Below are positions 16,810 to 26,493 of a DNA stretch of 34,167 nucleotides, piece after piece. Numbering within the stretch: position 1 is the first letter of the stretch; every line of letters begins with the position of its first letter. The position numbers and the translations under genes are program-made. The notes below the pieces were generated by a model that made no database searches, was not told where the DNA came from, and was given only the letters and a program-made list of their open reading frames with translations. The stretch is from Betaproteobacteria bacterium (lineage in GTDB: Bacteria > Pseudomonadota > Gammaproteobacteria > Burkholderiales > JACQAP01): positions 1 through 34,167 of the forward strand of contig JAYVMZ010000346.1 of assembly GCA_043758735.1 (NCBI GenBank). The letters are read 5' to 3'.

Positions 16810-17920
16810 TCCGCTCTGGCTGCTGGCTGAAGTCACGTACAAGTGCCCGTTGCACTGCGTATTCTGCTACAACCCGATCGACTACACGCGTTACGGCGAA
16901 GAACTGACCACCGACGACTGGCTGCGGGTGTTGCGGCAGGGCCGCGAACTCGGCGCCACCCAGTTGGGATTTTCGGGCGGCGAACCGTTGATGCGCGACG
17001 ACCTCGAGATCATGGTCGCCGAGGCGCGCAGACTCGGCTATTACTCGAACCTGATCACTTCCGGCATCGGTCTGAGCGAGAAGCGCATCGCCACCTTCAA
17101 GGCGGGAGGGCTAGACCACATCCAGCTCTCGTTCCAGGACTCCACCCGTGAAATGAACGATTTCCTGTCAAGCACGAAAACTTTCGAGCTGAAGCAGAAA
17201 GTAGCGAAGCTTATCAAGCAATACGACTACCCGATGGTGCTCAACTGCGTCCTGCACCGCCACAACATCGATCACGTGCAGCAGATCCTGGAAATGGCCG
17301 AAGAGATGGACGCCGAGTATGTGGAACTGGCGAACACGCAGTATTACGGCTGGGCCTACGTCAACCGGGACCAGTTGCTGCCCACGCGCGAGCAACTCAA
17401 ACGCGCAGAGGAAGTCACCAACAAATTCCGTGAGCGCGTCGGCAACAAGATGAAGATCTTCTTCGTCGTTCCCGACTACTACGAGGAACGTCCGAAAGCG
17501 TGCATGAACGGGTGGGGAGCGCTGTTCCTCACTGTCACTTCCGACGGTCTGGCCTTGCCCTGCCACGAAGCGCGTCAGCTTCCGGGCCTGACTTTCCCCA
17601 ACGTGCGCGATCACGACCTGGGCTGGATCTGGTATGACTCCCCGGGTTTCAATGCCTATCGCGGCGACTCGTGGATGAAGGAGCCCTGCCGTTCCTGTCC
17701 GGAGAAGGTCAAGGACTTCGGCGGCTGCCGTTGCCAGGCCTACATGTTGACCGGCGATGCGACCAACACGGATCCGGTCTGCGGCTTGTCGCCGCTGCAC
17801 CATGTGGTTACCGACGTCGTCGACCAGGCGCAGTTGCCGGTGTCGCCCAAAGCCGAAGTCAAGCCGATCCTGTTCAGGGATGACAAGAACTCCCGCGCCT
17901 TGAGCAAGACGCCCGCCTAG
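16766..17920 (+). CDS. pqqE: Radical SAM/SPASM PqqA peptide cyclase PqqE
   Basis: PLWLLAEVTYKCPLHCVFCYNP, SGGEP, ELANTQYYGWA, PKACMNGWG, CRSC...GGCRCQA. Confidence 0.97.
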   Translation: MYMKKAGSVPSKPGNPLWLLAEVTYKCPLHCVFCYNPIDYTRYGEELTTDDWLRVLRQGRELGATQLGFSGGEPLMRDDLEIMVAEARRLGYYSNLITSGIGLSEKRIATFKAGGLDHIQLSFQDSTREMNDFLSSTKTFELKQKVAKLIKQYDYPMVLNCVLHRHNIDHVQQILEMAEEMDAEYVELANTQYYGWAYVNRDQLLPTREQLKRAEEVTNKFRERVGNKMKIFFVVPDYYEERPKACMNGWGALFLTVTSDGLALPCHEARQLPGLTFPNVRDHDLGWIWYDSPGFNAYRGDSWMKEPCRSCPEKVKDFGGCRCQAYMLTGDATNTDPVCGLSPLHHVVTDVVDQAQLPVSPKAEVKPILFRDDKNSRALSKTPA

Positions 17921-17936
17921 TTCAAACTGTCGCGCC

Positions 17937-18869
17937 ATGAATCCGGCGCCCGCCATCCAGTTGGCCGTCAACGCCAGCGGACTCGTCAAGCGTTACGGCG
18001 ATGTACTTGCCGTCGACGGCCTCGATCTCGATATTCCCGCAGGGCAGTTCTTCGGGCTGCTCGGGCCAAACGGCTCCGGCAAGACTTCGACGATCCACAT
18101 GCTGGCCACGCTGATTCGCCCGAACAGCGGCAGCGCGAAAATATTCGGCAACGACGTCGTGCGCGACGCAGTAGCGACGCGCGCCTTGATCGGTCTGGTG
18201 TTCCAGGAATCTGCGCTCGACCGTACCTTGTCCATTGCAGAAAACCTGCGCTTCGCGGGGCTGCTGTATGACCTGCCCGCCAAAGTCATCGAGGAACGCT
18301 CCGCGGAACTCCTCGCGTTGTTCGGACTCGAGGATAAACGCAACCGGCCCGTGGGATCGCTCTCCGGTGGCATGCGTCGCGCGCTCGATATAGTGCGCGG
18401 CGTCATTCATCACCCGAAGATTCTCTTCCTCGACGAACCGACGATTGGGCTCGACCTGCCGAACCGGCGCAAGATCTGGCGCTTCATCGAGAATCTGCGT
18501 GCGCAGACCGGCATGACCGTACTGCTCACTACGCACTATCTGGAAGAAGCGGACAGTTGCGACCGCGTGGCTTTCATCAAGAACGGCAAGCTCGTGCAGA
18601 GCGGCTCACCAGCCGAAATGATCGCGAGCCTCGGACGTTATATCGTCGAAATTGAAAGCCCGGACGTCGAAACGCTGGCCCGACGATTGATGCCGTCGCT
18701 TGGAAACCCCCTGCGCGACGGGAATGTCGCCCATTTCCGTTATGCGCACGATGACGTCGGCCGCCTGGCCGGCCTGCAAACCGAACCCGGTATCCAGGTC
18801 AGCGCACTGCGCTGGCGACAGCCGAATCTTAACGACGTATTCCTGTGGGTCGCGGAAGGAAAAGCCTGA
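17937..18869 (+). CDS. ABC transporter ATP-binding protein (ABC-2/DrrA-like)
   Basis: Walker A GPNGSGKT, signature LSGGMRR, Walker B FLDEPT, TTHYLEEA; starts 16 nt after the pqqE stop. Confidence 0.93.
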   Translation: MNPAPAIQLAVNASGLVKRYGDVLAVDGLDLDIPAGQFFGLLGPNGSGKTSTIHMLATLIRPNSGSAKIFGNDVVRDAVATRALIGLVFQESALDRTLSIAENLRFAGLLYDLPAKVIEERSAELLALFGLEDKRNRPVGSLSGGMRRALDIVRGVIHHPKILFLDEPTIGLDLPNRRKIWRFIENLRAQTGMTVLLTTHYLEEADSCDRVAFIKNGKLVQSGSPAEMIASLGRYIVEIESPDVETLARRLMPSLGNPLRDGNVAHFRYAHDDVGRLAGLQTEPGIQVSALRWRQPNLNDVFLWVAEGKA

Positions 18870-19681
18870 TGGCGCATTGGCGGCCGGTCTATGCGGTTTT
18901 GGAGCGTGAGGTCGTGCGCATGGTCCGGCAGCGCACCCGTCTGGTCTCCGCAATGGTGCGTCCGCTGATCTGGCTGTTCGTGATCGGTGCGGGTTTCGGC
19001 GCGGTCCTGCAGCAAGCGGGCGGGGTCAGCTACCAGCAATTCCTTGTCCCGGGCGTACTGGGCATGACGATGCTGTTTGGTGCCATGCTCGCGGCCCTTA
19101 CAATGGTGTACGACAAAGAATCCGGCGTGATGCGCATGCTGATCATGGCGCCCTTCCCCCACTACTGGATCGTCGTCGCCAAGATGCTGGCGGCCACGCT
19201 GGCCGCACTCCTGCAAGCCTTGTTGCTGCTGGTTCTGCTCGCCTTACTCGGCTATCTGGATGCGCACATGCGCTTCGGCCTGCTCGCGCTGGCCTTGCTG
19301 GCCACTTCGGCAGCGTGCGCCGGCATCGGCATGCTGGTCGCCGCGTTCACCCGCACGCTGGATAATTTCGCGGCCATCATGAATTTCGTGATCTTTCCGG
19401 TATTTTTCCTCTCCGGATCGTTGTATCCGGTCAGCCGGCTGCCCGCTGCGCTCAAGGCGGTGGCCCTGGCCAATCCCTATACCTACGGCGTGGATCTGCT
19501 CAAGCACGCCGTGCTCGGCGTGCTTCCTTCAGGGATGGGAGCGGATTTCGCGGCCTCTACTGACATTGCCGTGCTCGCGGGCTTTACCGTTGCCGCGCTG
19601 CTGGTCGCGAGCTGGCGCTTCTCCCGCGAGAGCGCCTACGAACCGATGATACGCATCCTCACCGGCAAACGCGACGGCTGA
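18869..19681 (+). CDS. ABC-2 type permease, PedC/LutF-like
   Basis: TGATG coupling to the ATPase. RExxR...SAMVRPLIWL, PGVLGM, MVYDKESG, NFAAIMNFVIFPVFFLSGSLYP, NPYTYGVDLL. Confidence 0.9.
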   Translation: MAHWRPVYAVLEREVVRMVRQRTRLVSAMVRPLIWLFVIGAGFGAVLQQAGGVSYQQFLVPGVLGMTMLFGAMLAALTMVYDKESGVMRMLIMAPFPHYWIVVAKMLAATLAALLQALLLLVLLALLGYLDAHMRFGLLALALLATSAACAGIGMLVAAFTRTLDNFAAIMNFVIFPVFFLSGSLYPVSRLPAALKAVALANPYTYGVDLLKHAVLGVLPSGMGADFAASTDIAVLAGFTVAALLVASWRFSRESAYEPMIRILTGKRDG

Positions 19682-19720
19682 AACGCAGGAACGCCGCCGG
19701 CGCAGCGCGCCGGCAAACGC

Positions 19721-20200
19721 TCAATGGTGATGTCCTTCCGGACCGTGCACGTGGCCGTGATGGAGTTCCTCGTGCGTGGCAGCCCGCACTCCCGTCACGA
19801 TGCCCGAAAACACCAGCTTCTGTCCCGCCAGGGGATGGTTGCCGTCGACAACGACATCCTCACCCTTGATTTCCTTGACCGTGTAGAGGGTGTAGTCGTC
19901 GGAGCCTTCTGTGGCGCCTTCGAATTGCATGCCGACCGAAATATTTTCCGGGAACAGATTCTTCGGCTCGGCGCGCACTATGTCTGCCTCGTATTCCCCG
20001 AAGGCGTCGTCCGGCTCGAGCGTCACCTTGCATTTGTCGCCTACGCCTTTGCCCTGCAGGGCGGTTTCCACCAAAGGGAAAATGCCATCGTATCCGCCGT
20101 GCAGATAGGTGATGGGCGCCTTTGTTTTTTCGATTACCTTGCCGCTGGTGTCCGACAGCTCATAGTTCAGAGACACTACCGTATCCTTGCCGATCTGCAT
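19721..20200 (-). CDS. slyD: FKBP-type peptidyl-prolyl isomerase SlyD
   Basis: MQIGKDTVVSLNYEL, YLHG, DGNHPLAG, His-rich tail HHGHVHGPEGHHH; start set at ATG 20200. Confidence 0.93.
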   Translation of the reverse strand: MQIGKDTVVSLNYELSDTSGKVIEKTKAPITYLHGGYDGIFPLVETALQGKGVGDKCKVTLEPDDAFGEYEADIVRAEPKNLFPENISVGMQFEGATEGSDDYTLYTVKEIKGEDVVVDGNHPLAGQKLVFSGIVTGVRAATHEELHHGHVHGPEGHHH

Positions 20201-20202
20201 GC

Positions 20203-20673
20203 TCACTTCAACTCCTTGACCAGGTTTAAAACATTGGACGCGTGTCCGCGCGCGTTGACCTTGTAGAGGACATTTCGCACCGTTCCGCTCTTGTCGATGA
20301 CGAAAGTCGAACGCACGATGCACCGCTTCCTCGCATTACCTTCCAGTTCCCTGTCCTGCAATACACCGTACTGCTCGCAGACTTCCCCTTCCGCATCTGC
20401 CAGCAGCTGCACTGCAAGTCCATGCTTGTCGCGGAAAGCGCCATGGCTCATGCAATCGTCCATGCTCACACCCAGCACCACGGTGTCGAGATCGAGGAAT
20501 TCGTCCTGGAGATCGCTGAAATCGATAGCCTCCAGCGTGCAGCACGGCGTATCGTCCTTGGGATAGAAATACAGCACGACGTTGTTGACGCCGCGATAGC
20601 CGTTCAAACTCACCAGATTCATGTCGCCATCGGGCAAATCGAAGGTGGGTGCAGATTGACCTACTTTCAGCAT
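20203..20673 (-). CDS. bcp: BCP/PrxQ peroxiredoxin
   Basis: APTFDLPD, VVLYFYPKDDTPxCTxEA, VLGVSMD, RSTFVIDKxG. Confidence 0.92.
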   Translation of the reverse strand: MLKVGQSAPTFDLPDGDMNLVSLNGYRGVNNVVLYFYPKDDTPCCTLEAIDFSDLQDEFLDLDTVVLGVSMDDCMSHGAFRDKHGLAVQLLADAEGEVCEQYGVLQDRELEGNARKRCIVRSTFVIDKSGTVRNVLYKVNARGHASNVLNLVKELK

Positions 20674-20763
20674 GATCAACTCCGATCGAATTCAGCGCGA
20701 ATTCTAACCGATTTCAAATGCGCGATTGTCGCGCCTTCCCGGATTCGCGGCGATAAAGATAAA

Positions 20764-21912
20764 ATGACCGTCGTGAAAAAGCGACTCCTCGGCGGCCTGA
20801 GCGCCCCGGCATTTCTGCGGCGACACTGGCAAAAGCAACCGCTGCTCGTGCGCGGTGCGCTGCCCGGTTTCGACGGCATACTGGATTTCGACGGCATGAT
20901 CGAATTGGCCGCGCGCGACGACTGCGAATCGCGGCTGGTCGTGCGCAACGATGGGCGCTGGAGCGTCGAACACGGCCCCTTCGAGCGCAAGCGGTTTTCC
21001 CGGCTGCCGCGGCGCAACTGGACGCTTCTGGTGCAGGGCCTTGAGCAAAGGCTGCCCGCGGCACGACAGTTGTTGTCGAATTTCAATTTCATCCCCTACA
21101 GCCGGCTCGATGATCTGATGCTCAGTTACGCCCCTGCCGGGGGCGGCGTCGGTGCGCATTTCGATTCCTACGACGTGTTCCTCGTGCAAGGTCCGGGCCA
21201 GCGGCGCTGGCGAGTAGGCCGGCAACGCGACCTGACCTTGCTGGAAAATGCGCCGCTGAAAATCCTCAAGCGCTTCTCGCCCGACGGACAATGCCTTATG
21301 CACGCGGGCGACATGCTGTACCTGCCGCCCGCTTTTGCACACGACGGCGTTGCGCTGGACGCTTGCTACACCTATTCGATCGGATTTCGTGCACCGTCGC
21401 ACCGGGAATTGATGTCCCAGTTCCTGATTTTTCTGGAGGAAAGGCTGGCCGAAAGCGGTCGCTATGCCGATCCGGAATTACCCGCGCAATCCCGTCCGGC
21501 CCTGCTCGGCGCGGACATGGTCGCCAAGGTTGAACGCATCGTCGGCGAAATAAACTGGACACAACGTGACGTGACCGAATTTCTGGGCAGCTACCTGACC
21601 GAACCCAAGCCGCAGGTTGTGTTTGCACCGCCGCGCAGACCGCTCTCCGCAATGGCATTCTCGGGCGCGGCCAGGCGCCGAGGCGTGGAACTTGCCTTGG
21701 CCTCGCTGATGCTCTATGGCGGCGCCAAGCTTTTCATCAACGGCGAGGCGCATAAAATTGACAAGGCGACGGCACCGCCGCTGCACCGGCTCGCCAACGC
21801 GCGCCGGCTGCCTGGGCGGCTCATTCAGCCGAACGGGCCGGCCGCCGACCTGCTTTACCGCTGGTATCGCGCCGGTTATATTTATTTGTCCGGACCTGGT
21901 CTGGCAAGCTGA
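20764..21912 (+). CDS. roxA: JmjC/cupin ribosomal protein L16 hydroxylase (RoxA/YcfD family)
   Basis: FLRRHWQKQPLL, WTLLVQ, RLDDLMLSYA, GGVGAHFDSYDVFL, GDMLYLPP, HDG, SIGFRAP; start set at ATG 20764. Confidence 0.88.
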   Translation: MTVVKKRLLGGLSAPAFLRRHWQKQPLLVRGALPGFDGILDFDGMIELAARDDCESRLVVRNDGRWSVEHGPFERKRFSRLPRRNWTLLVQGLEQRLPAARQLLSNFNFIPYSRLDDLMLSYAPAGGGVGAHFDSYDVFLVQGPGQRRWRVGRQRDLTLLENAPLKILKRFSPDGQCLMHAGDMLYLPPAFAHDGVALDACYTYSIGFRAPSHRELMSQFLIFLEERLAESGRYADPELPAQSRPALLGADMVAKVERIVGEINWTQRDVTEFLGSYLTEPKPQVVFAPPRRPLSAMAFSGAARRRGVELALASLMLYGGAKLFINGEAHKIDKATAPPLHRLANARRLPGRLIQPNGPAADLLYRWYRAGYIYLSGPGLAS

Positions 21913-21917
21913 CGCCA

Positions 21918-22409
21918 ATGGCAGACGAACTCAATCCGCAGCACACGCAGATCTTCGGCAATGCCGAATACGAAACGGCAATCGATACGGTCCTGCAGAA
22001 GGCCTCGAACAAGATCCGCCTATTCGATAACGCGCTGGGCAGGGAATACAACTCCCCACCCCGCATCGAGCTGCTGCGCCGGTTCCTGCTCGCGAGCCGT
22101 CGCAACACCCTGCAGATCGTGGTTCATGATACCGGGACCATGGATCGCAACTGCCCGCGCATATTCAATCTCCTGCGCAGCTACGGGCACGCGATCAGCA
22201 TCAACGAAACCCATCCTTCGGCCAAACTAGTCTACGATCCTTTCGTCATCGTCGATGATCGCTGCTTCGTGCACCGCTTCCACTTCGACGAAATGAGGGG
22301 CCTGTCGGGCATCGACGACCCGATCGAAACGCACACGTTCATCGAACGTTTTTCGGAAATTTGGGAGGCCTCATCGCCGGCGGTCTCGGCGACGACGCTG
22401 GGACTTTGA
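21918..22409 (+). CDS. Conserved hypothetical protein (163 aa)
   Basis: Starts 5 nt after roxA on the same strand; globular protein-like composition; no family confidently recognised. Confidence 0.75.
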   Translation: MADELNPQHTQIFGNAEYETAIDTVLQKASNKIRLFDNALGREYNSPPRIELLRRFLLASRRNTLQIVVHDTGTMDRNCPRIFNLLRSYGHAISINETHPSAKLVYDPFVIVDDRCFVHRFHFDEMRGLSGIDDPIETHTFIERFSEIWEASSPAVSATTLGL

Positions 22410-22545
22410 CCGCCCGTATTTATTTCACCGTTACATTTTGTAGCGGCGGTGGCGGATTCTGCTAGAATCCGCGCCGGATTTCGGGGCGCCGTAATTTTTC
22501 TCCGCGATCCAATCCTCTGTCACCATCATCCAGGACCAACAAACA

Positions 22546-22758
22546 ATGAATCGTACGCTTCTCGTTTCAGCCCTCCTCGCCATTGCATTGACTGCGTGCG
22601 GCAAGAAGGAACAAGCCCCCGCGCCTGCTGCACCGACCCCCGCACCCGCCGCTGTACCGGCACCCGCTGCCGCCGACACGGCCAAGCCCGCCGATGCCGC
22701 GGCCCCGACACCGGCCGCTCCTGCAGCGACGGACAAAAAGCCCGAAGAGAAAAAGTAA
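22546..22758 (+). CDS. Small Ala/Pro-rich lipoprotein
   Basis: Signal peptide with lipobox LTAC-GKKE, AGGA RBS, downstream terminator. Confidence 0.85.
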   Translation: MNRTLLVSALLAIALTACGKKEQAPAPAAPTPAPAAVPAPAAADTAKPADAAAPTPAAPAATDKKPEEKK

Positions 22759-22774
22759 TTTCGGGTCTGGCGAT

Positions 22775-22808
22775 AAAAAAAGCCGGTCTTCGACCGGCTT
22801 TTTCTTTT
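22775..22808. terminator. Bidirectional intrinsic terminator
   Basis: A-tract, GCCGGTC-TTC-GACCGGC stem, then TTTTTCTTTT, between convergent genes. Confidence 0.85.
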
Positions 22809-22824
22809 CGCGGACCTCCAACTG

Positions 22825-23592
22825 CTAGATAATTTCGCGCCAGGCTAAGCCCTCGTCCTGGTCCGCGATTCCAATCCATTCCGGCGCGCAATTCATCACC
22901 GCCGACAGCGCGGCGCGCGCCAGGTCGGGATGATTGTTTTCCTGACTCAGGTGCGCCGCGACCAGATGCTTGAGCCTGCTATTGTCCAGGCTTCTCAACA
23001 ATTTGGCGGCGGCACTGTTGTCGAGGTGGCCGAAGCGGCCTGCTATGCGCTCGCGCAATCTTTGCGGATAGCTGCTGGTGCGCAACATTTCCGCGTCGTG
23101 GTTGCATTCCAGGACCAGAGCGTCGCAGCCGCTCAGCGTCGATTCGATATGCCTGGTGGAACAACCCACATCGGTGAGCACGCCGAGCCGGCTCGCCCCG
23201 TCGCCGAAAACGAATTGCGCCGGTTCACGGGCATCGTGCGGCACCGGGAACGGCTCGATCTGCACGTCGCCAACCGCAAAGACTTCGTAGTTGTGGATCA
23301 TCCTGACGTCGGCCACGCCGGCGAACAACGCCTCGAAACCGGAAAGCGTTCCGGGTGTAAGCCATACCGGGATGCCGTGGCGGCGAGCCAGGCGGGCTAC
23401 ACCGCCGATGTGATCCTCGTGCTCATGGGTCACGACGATGGCGCCGATGTCTTCAGGAACGAGCCCAAGGCGGGCGAGCCTGGCCACGGTGGCGGCCAGG
23501 CCGAAGCCGCAATCGAGCAGCACGCGCGTACTGCCCGCTTCGACGACAAGCGAATTACCCTGGCTGCCGCTGCCGAGAGACGCGAATCGCAT
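22825..23592 (-). CDS. MBL-fold metallo-hydrolase (YycJ/WalJ-like)
   Basis: MRFASLGSGSQGN, THEHEDH, VPHDAREP, TDVG, LECNHD, GHLDN, HLSQENN; sits downstream of dapA-bamC. Confidence 0.9.
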   Translation of the reverse strand: MRFASLGSGSQGNSLVVEAGSTRVLLDCGFGLAATVARLARLGLVPEDIGAIVVTHEHEDHIGGVARLARRHGIPVWLTPGTLSGFEALFAGVADVRMIHNYEVFAVGDVQIEPFPVPHDAREPAQFVFGDGASRLGVLTDVGCSTRHIESTLSGCDALVLECNHDAEMLRTSSYPQRLRERIAGRFGHLDNSAAAKLLRSLDNSRLKHLVAAHLSQENNHPDLARAALSAVMNCAPEWIGIADQDEGLAWREII

Positions 23593-23628
23593 TTCAGGAT
23601 CCGGATCTCGTCCGCAGCGGATCGATGG

Positions 23629-24759
23629 CTATTTCAACTCCTGTTGCAACAGCGAGAGGATGCGTCCTGCCGTCGGCGAACTGGATTTCACGCCTTTGCC
23701 ATCGAGCACCTTGACCTCGGTGCCCTGGGTCGCACCGGCCACACTGATGCGATACTGCTCGTCTTTCTTCGCTTTTTCGCTGCTCCAGAACGCCAGATTC
23801 GACCAGAACCCCTTCTCCGCCTTGTCTGCCGCGTCGGCATCGACATAGCGTACGTAATACAGCCCTTTCGAGCGGTCGCGATCCTCGACGGTAAACCCGA
23901 CGCGGTCCAGTGCAAGGCCGACACGCCGCCAGGCACGATCGAAGCTGTCCACCAGCAACAGCGCTTCCGGCCGTTCGCCGTTTTTGGAAATGGTCGCTTT
24001 CGGTTGTTCCGGTGCCTTCGCCTGGGCCTGCATCTGTTCGTCGCGCGCGCCCAGACGGATCGCCAGCCGCGACAGCATTGCCGCCTCGAGATCCGGCTCG
24101 ACGGGCCTGACCTGCCAGACGGTTTTCTCCGTGTAGCGGTCTTTGGAGATATTGATCTCCGCCATGCCCCGATGGCTGATGTAGACCTCTGTCGAACCGG
24201 GATTCGGGCTACGCTCCAGACGCGTGCGGAATTTGTCGCGTTCCGGGTAGGAATAGGCGCTGTCCAGGAACCTGGTCAGCAAATTGCGTATGACACTGGT
24301 CGGAATCTTGGCGCGATTCTCCGCCCAGTCGGTTTCCATGACTCCGGTCTGCTGCGACTCGATATCGATCAGGAAACCGTTATCCTGCCAGAATTCCTTG
24401 ATGACAGGCCACAACGCCTCGGGCTCCGCATCGACCACCAGCCAGCGTTGGCTGCCGGCGCGTTCAAAACGGATCTTGTCCTGCTGCGGCAGCACGGATG
24501 TCGGACCCGGTGTTGCGCTGGAACCCTTTCCTTGCCCCTCGGCGGCATACTCGGAAGCCGTTGCCGACCCCGAACTCGCTTCCGGAATGTTGTAGCGATC
24601 GCTGGTCGGCGGCGTCGACAGGTCTTTCGGGACATCGAGCGGTTTGACGTTGCCCGCCGATTTGTAGTCGATCTTCTTGCCTTCGAGCAAGGTACCCGAG
24701 CAACCGGCAAGTGCGAGCGCCGCCGTCATTGCGGCGGCGAGTAACTGCGATGAATTCAT
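23629..24759 (-). CDS. bamC: Outer membrane protein assembly factor BamC (NlpB/DapX lipoprotein)
   Basis: Lipobox LAGC, IDYKSA, LDVPxDL, GVMETDWAENRA, RDKFRTRLER, FDRAWRRVGLALDR; downstream of dapA. Confidence 0.92.
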   Translation of the reverse strand: MNSSQLLAAAMTAALALAGCSGTLLEGKKIDYKSAGNVKPLDVPKDLSTPPTSDRYNIPEASSGSATASEYAAEGQGKGSSATPGPTSVLPQQDKIRFERAGSQRWLVVDAEPEALWPVIKEFWQDNGFLIDIESQQTGVMETDWAENRAKIPTSVIRNLLTRFLDSAYSYPERDKFRTRLERSPNPGSTEVYISHRGMAEINISKDRYTEKTVWQVRPVEPDLEAAMLSRLAIRLGARDEQMQAQAKAPEQPKATISKNGERPEALLLVDSFDRAWRRVGLALDRVGFTVEDRDRSKGLYYVRYVDADAADKAEKGFWSNLAFWSSEKAKKDEQYRISVAGATQGTEVKVLDGKGVKSSSPTAGRILSLLQQELK

Positions 24760-24808
24760 GCGTGGGAATCTTCCAATCTAGGCTACGACCATCATGGTCG
24801 CAACGGGT

Positions 24809-25714
24809 TCACTTGGCCATTGCGGACATCGAAACGGCGGTCTTGATGTCGGCCTGCTCCATCGCGCCTCGCAGCAGATCATGGAAAGAAGACGACAGCG
24901 GCGTCAGCGGAAGCCGGATGCCTCCTTCCATCAGGCCCATCTGCTGCAGCACCCACTTGACCGGTATCGGGTTGGCCTCGACGAACAGGTGGCGATGCAG
25001 CCCGAGCAGCTTGTTGTTGTGCGCCCTTGCCCTGGCAAAATCCCCGCCAAAAACCGCGGCACACAATTCCTGCATCAGGCGCGGCGCGACATTGGCGGTG
25101 ACTGAAATCACGCCGTGCGCGCCCAGCATCAGCAGCGCCAGTCCGGTGCCGTCGTCGCCGCTGTAGACGGCGAAATTCTTCGGCGCCCGGCGCAGCAGTT
25201 CCGCTCCGCGCTCCATGTTGCCGGTGGCATCCTTGATACCGACGATGTTGGGCACCTGTGCGAGCCGTATTGCCGTGTCGTTGTGCATGTCGGCAACCGT
25301 GCGCCCAGGCACGTTGTACAGGATCTGCGGCATATCCACAGCCTCGGCGATGGCGCGGAAATGGCGGTACAGGCCCTCTTGAGTCGGCTTGTTGTAGTAA
25401 GGCACGACCGACAGGCCCATGTCGGCGCCGGCCTGCTTGGCGTACGCGGACAGTTCAATCGCCTCGCGGGTGGAATTCGCGCCGGTGCCTGCGATGACAG
25501 GCACGCGTCCGGCCGCATGTTCGACTGCAGTGCGGATCAGCAGGCAATGCTCTTCGAAATCCACGGTCGGCGATTCGCCGGTGGTGCCGACGATGACGAT
25601 CCCGTTGGTGCCTTCATAGATGTGAAAGTCGATCAAGGCACGCAATCTTGGCAGATCCAGACTGCCGTCCTCGAACATGGGCGTGACGATGGCGACGAGG
25701 CTGCCCTTTAGCAT
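24809..25714 (-). CDS. dapA: 4-hydroxy-tetrahydrodipicolinate synthase
   Basis: [47 protein letters not shown]; start set at ATG 25714. Confidence 0.96.
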   Translation of the reverse strand: MLKGSLVAIVTPMFEDGSLDLPRLRALIDFHIYEGTNGIVIVGTTGESPTVDFEEHCLLIRTAVEHAAGRVPVIAGTGANSTREAIELSAYAKQAGADMGLSVVPYYNKPTQEGLYRHFRAIAEAVDMPQILYNVPGRTVADMHNDTAIRLAQVPNIVGIKDATGNMERGAELLRRAPKNFAVYSGDDGTGLALLMLGAHGVISVTANVAPRLMQELCAAVFGGDFARARAHNNKLLGLHRHLFVEANPIPVKWVLQQMGLMEGGIRLPLTPLSSSFHDLLRGAMEQADIKTAVSMSAMAK

Positions 25715-25772
25715 GGCGGCTTTCCTCAACAAGAAAGCCGGATTTTAACCGATTCCTCCTGTCGCATGCGCA

Positions 25773-26327
25773 TCACACTCGCGCGGGCAAGGCGCAGGCA
25801 CAGATGCGTTGAATGCATGCCGGTCTTGGCGGCGCAACTTCCAGCTCTTCGAATGCGACTACACGCAGGCCGCCGCGAACAACGTCAAGCAGTTCGCCCG
25901 GCTGCAGCAGGAAATCCGGATTCGACGGCTTCCCAAAGCGTTCATTGCCGGCGGCGAAGGTTTCGTAGATGAGCACGCCGTCAGGTGCCAGGGCGTCGAG
26001 AATGCGGGGAAACAGTGGCCGGTGCAGATAGTTGGTGACGACGATGCCGTCGAATTGCAAACCGCCGAGCGGCCAGGCGCCGTTTTCCAGGTCGGCGTGC
26101 CGCACTGTAACGCCCGTTACTCCGCCCAGGGCATCAAGCGCTCGCGGGTCGCGATCGACGGCGCAAACCTGGAAACCCAGTCCGGCGAGAAAGCGGCTGT
26201 GGCGGCCACTGCCACAGGCAAGATCGAGCACCGCGCCGTGTGGCGCAATAGAGTGTGCCCAGCGGGCGACCCACTCCGAAGGCGAGTCGGGGCCGTGCGG
26301 GCGACTCAGTGTCGAAGTGGAGGTCAT
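25773..26327 (-). CDS. Class I SAM-dependent methyltransferase (TehB-like)
   Basis: VLDLACGSGRH, AVDRD, ADLE, FDGIVVTNYLHRP, LIYETF. The upstream part of the track ORF is antisense to sodC. Confidence 0.88.
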   Translation of the reverse strand: MTSTSTLSRPHGPDSPSEWVARWAHSIAPHGAVLDLACGSGRHSRFLAGLGFQVCAVDRDPRALDALGGVTGVTVRHADLENGAWPLGGLQFDGIVVTNYLHRPLFPRILDALAPDGVLIYETFAAGNERFGKPSNPDFLLQPGELLDVVRGGLRVVAFEELEVAPPRPACIQRICACALPARV

Positions 26328-26493
26328 CTGGCTGAAATCATCCGTGTTTGCCTTTGGCGGCTGGATTTTACGGTACTGCGCTGTGCGGCCAACGATGCTT
26401 GCGCCCGGTATCGATTTGACACCTCGGAAGGCGAGTGCTAAAAATCGCCCTGTTTTCGGCGCACCGCGCCTCGGCATCACTCGGGAGAACGCA

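Noticed and set aside
19696-19714. GC hairpin GCCGGCGC-AGC-GCGCCGGC between convergent genes
   Set aside because: No U-tract on either strand, and such stems arise easily at this GC content.
22930-24744. 604-aa plus-strand ORF
   Set aside because: Antisense to bamC and the MBL hydrolase; no independent evidence of coding.
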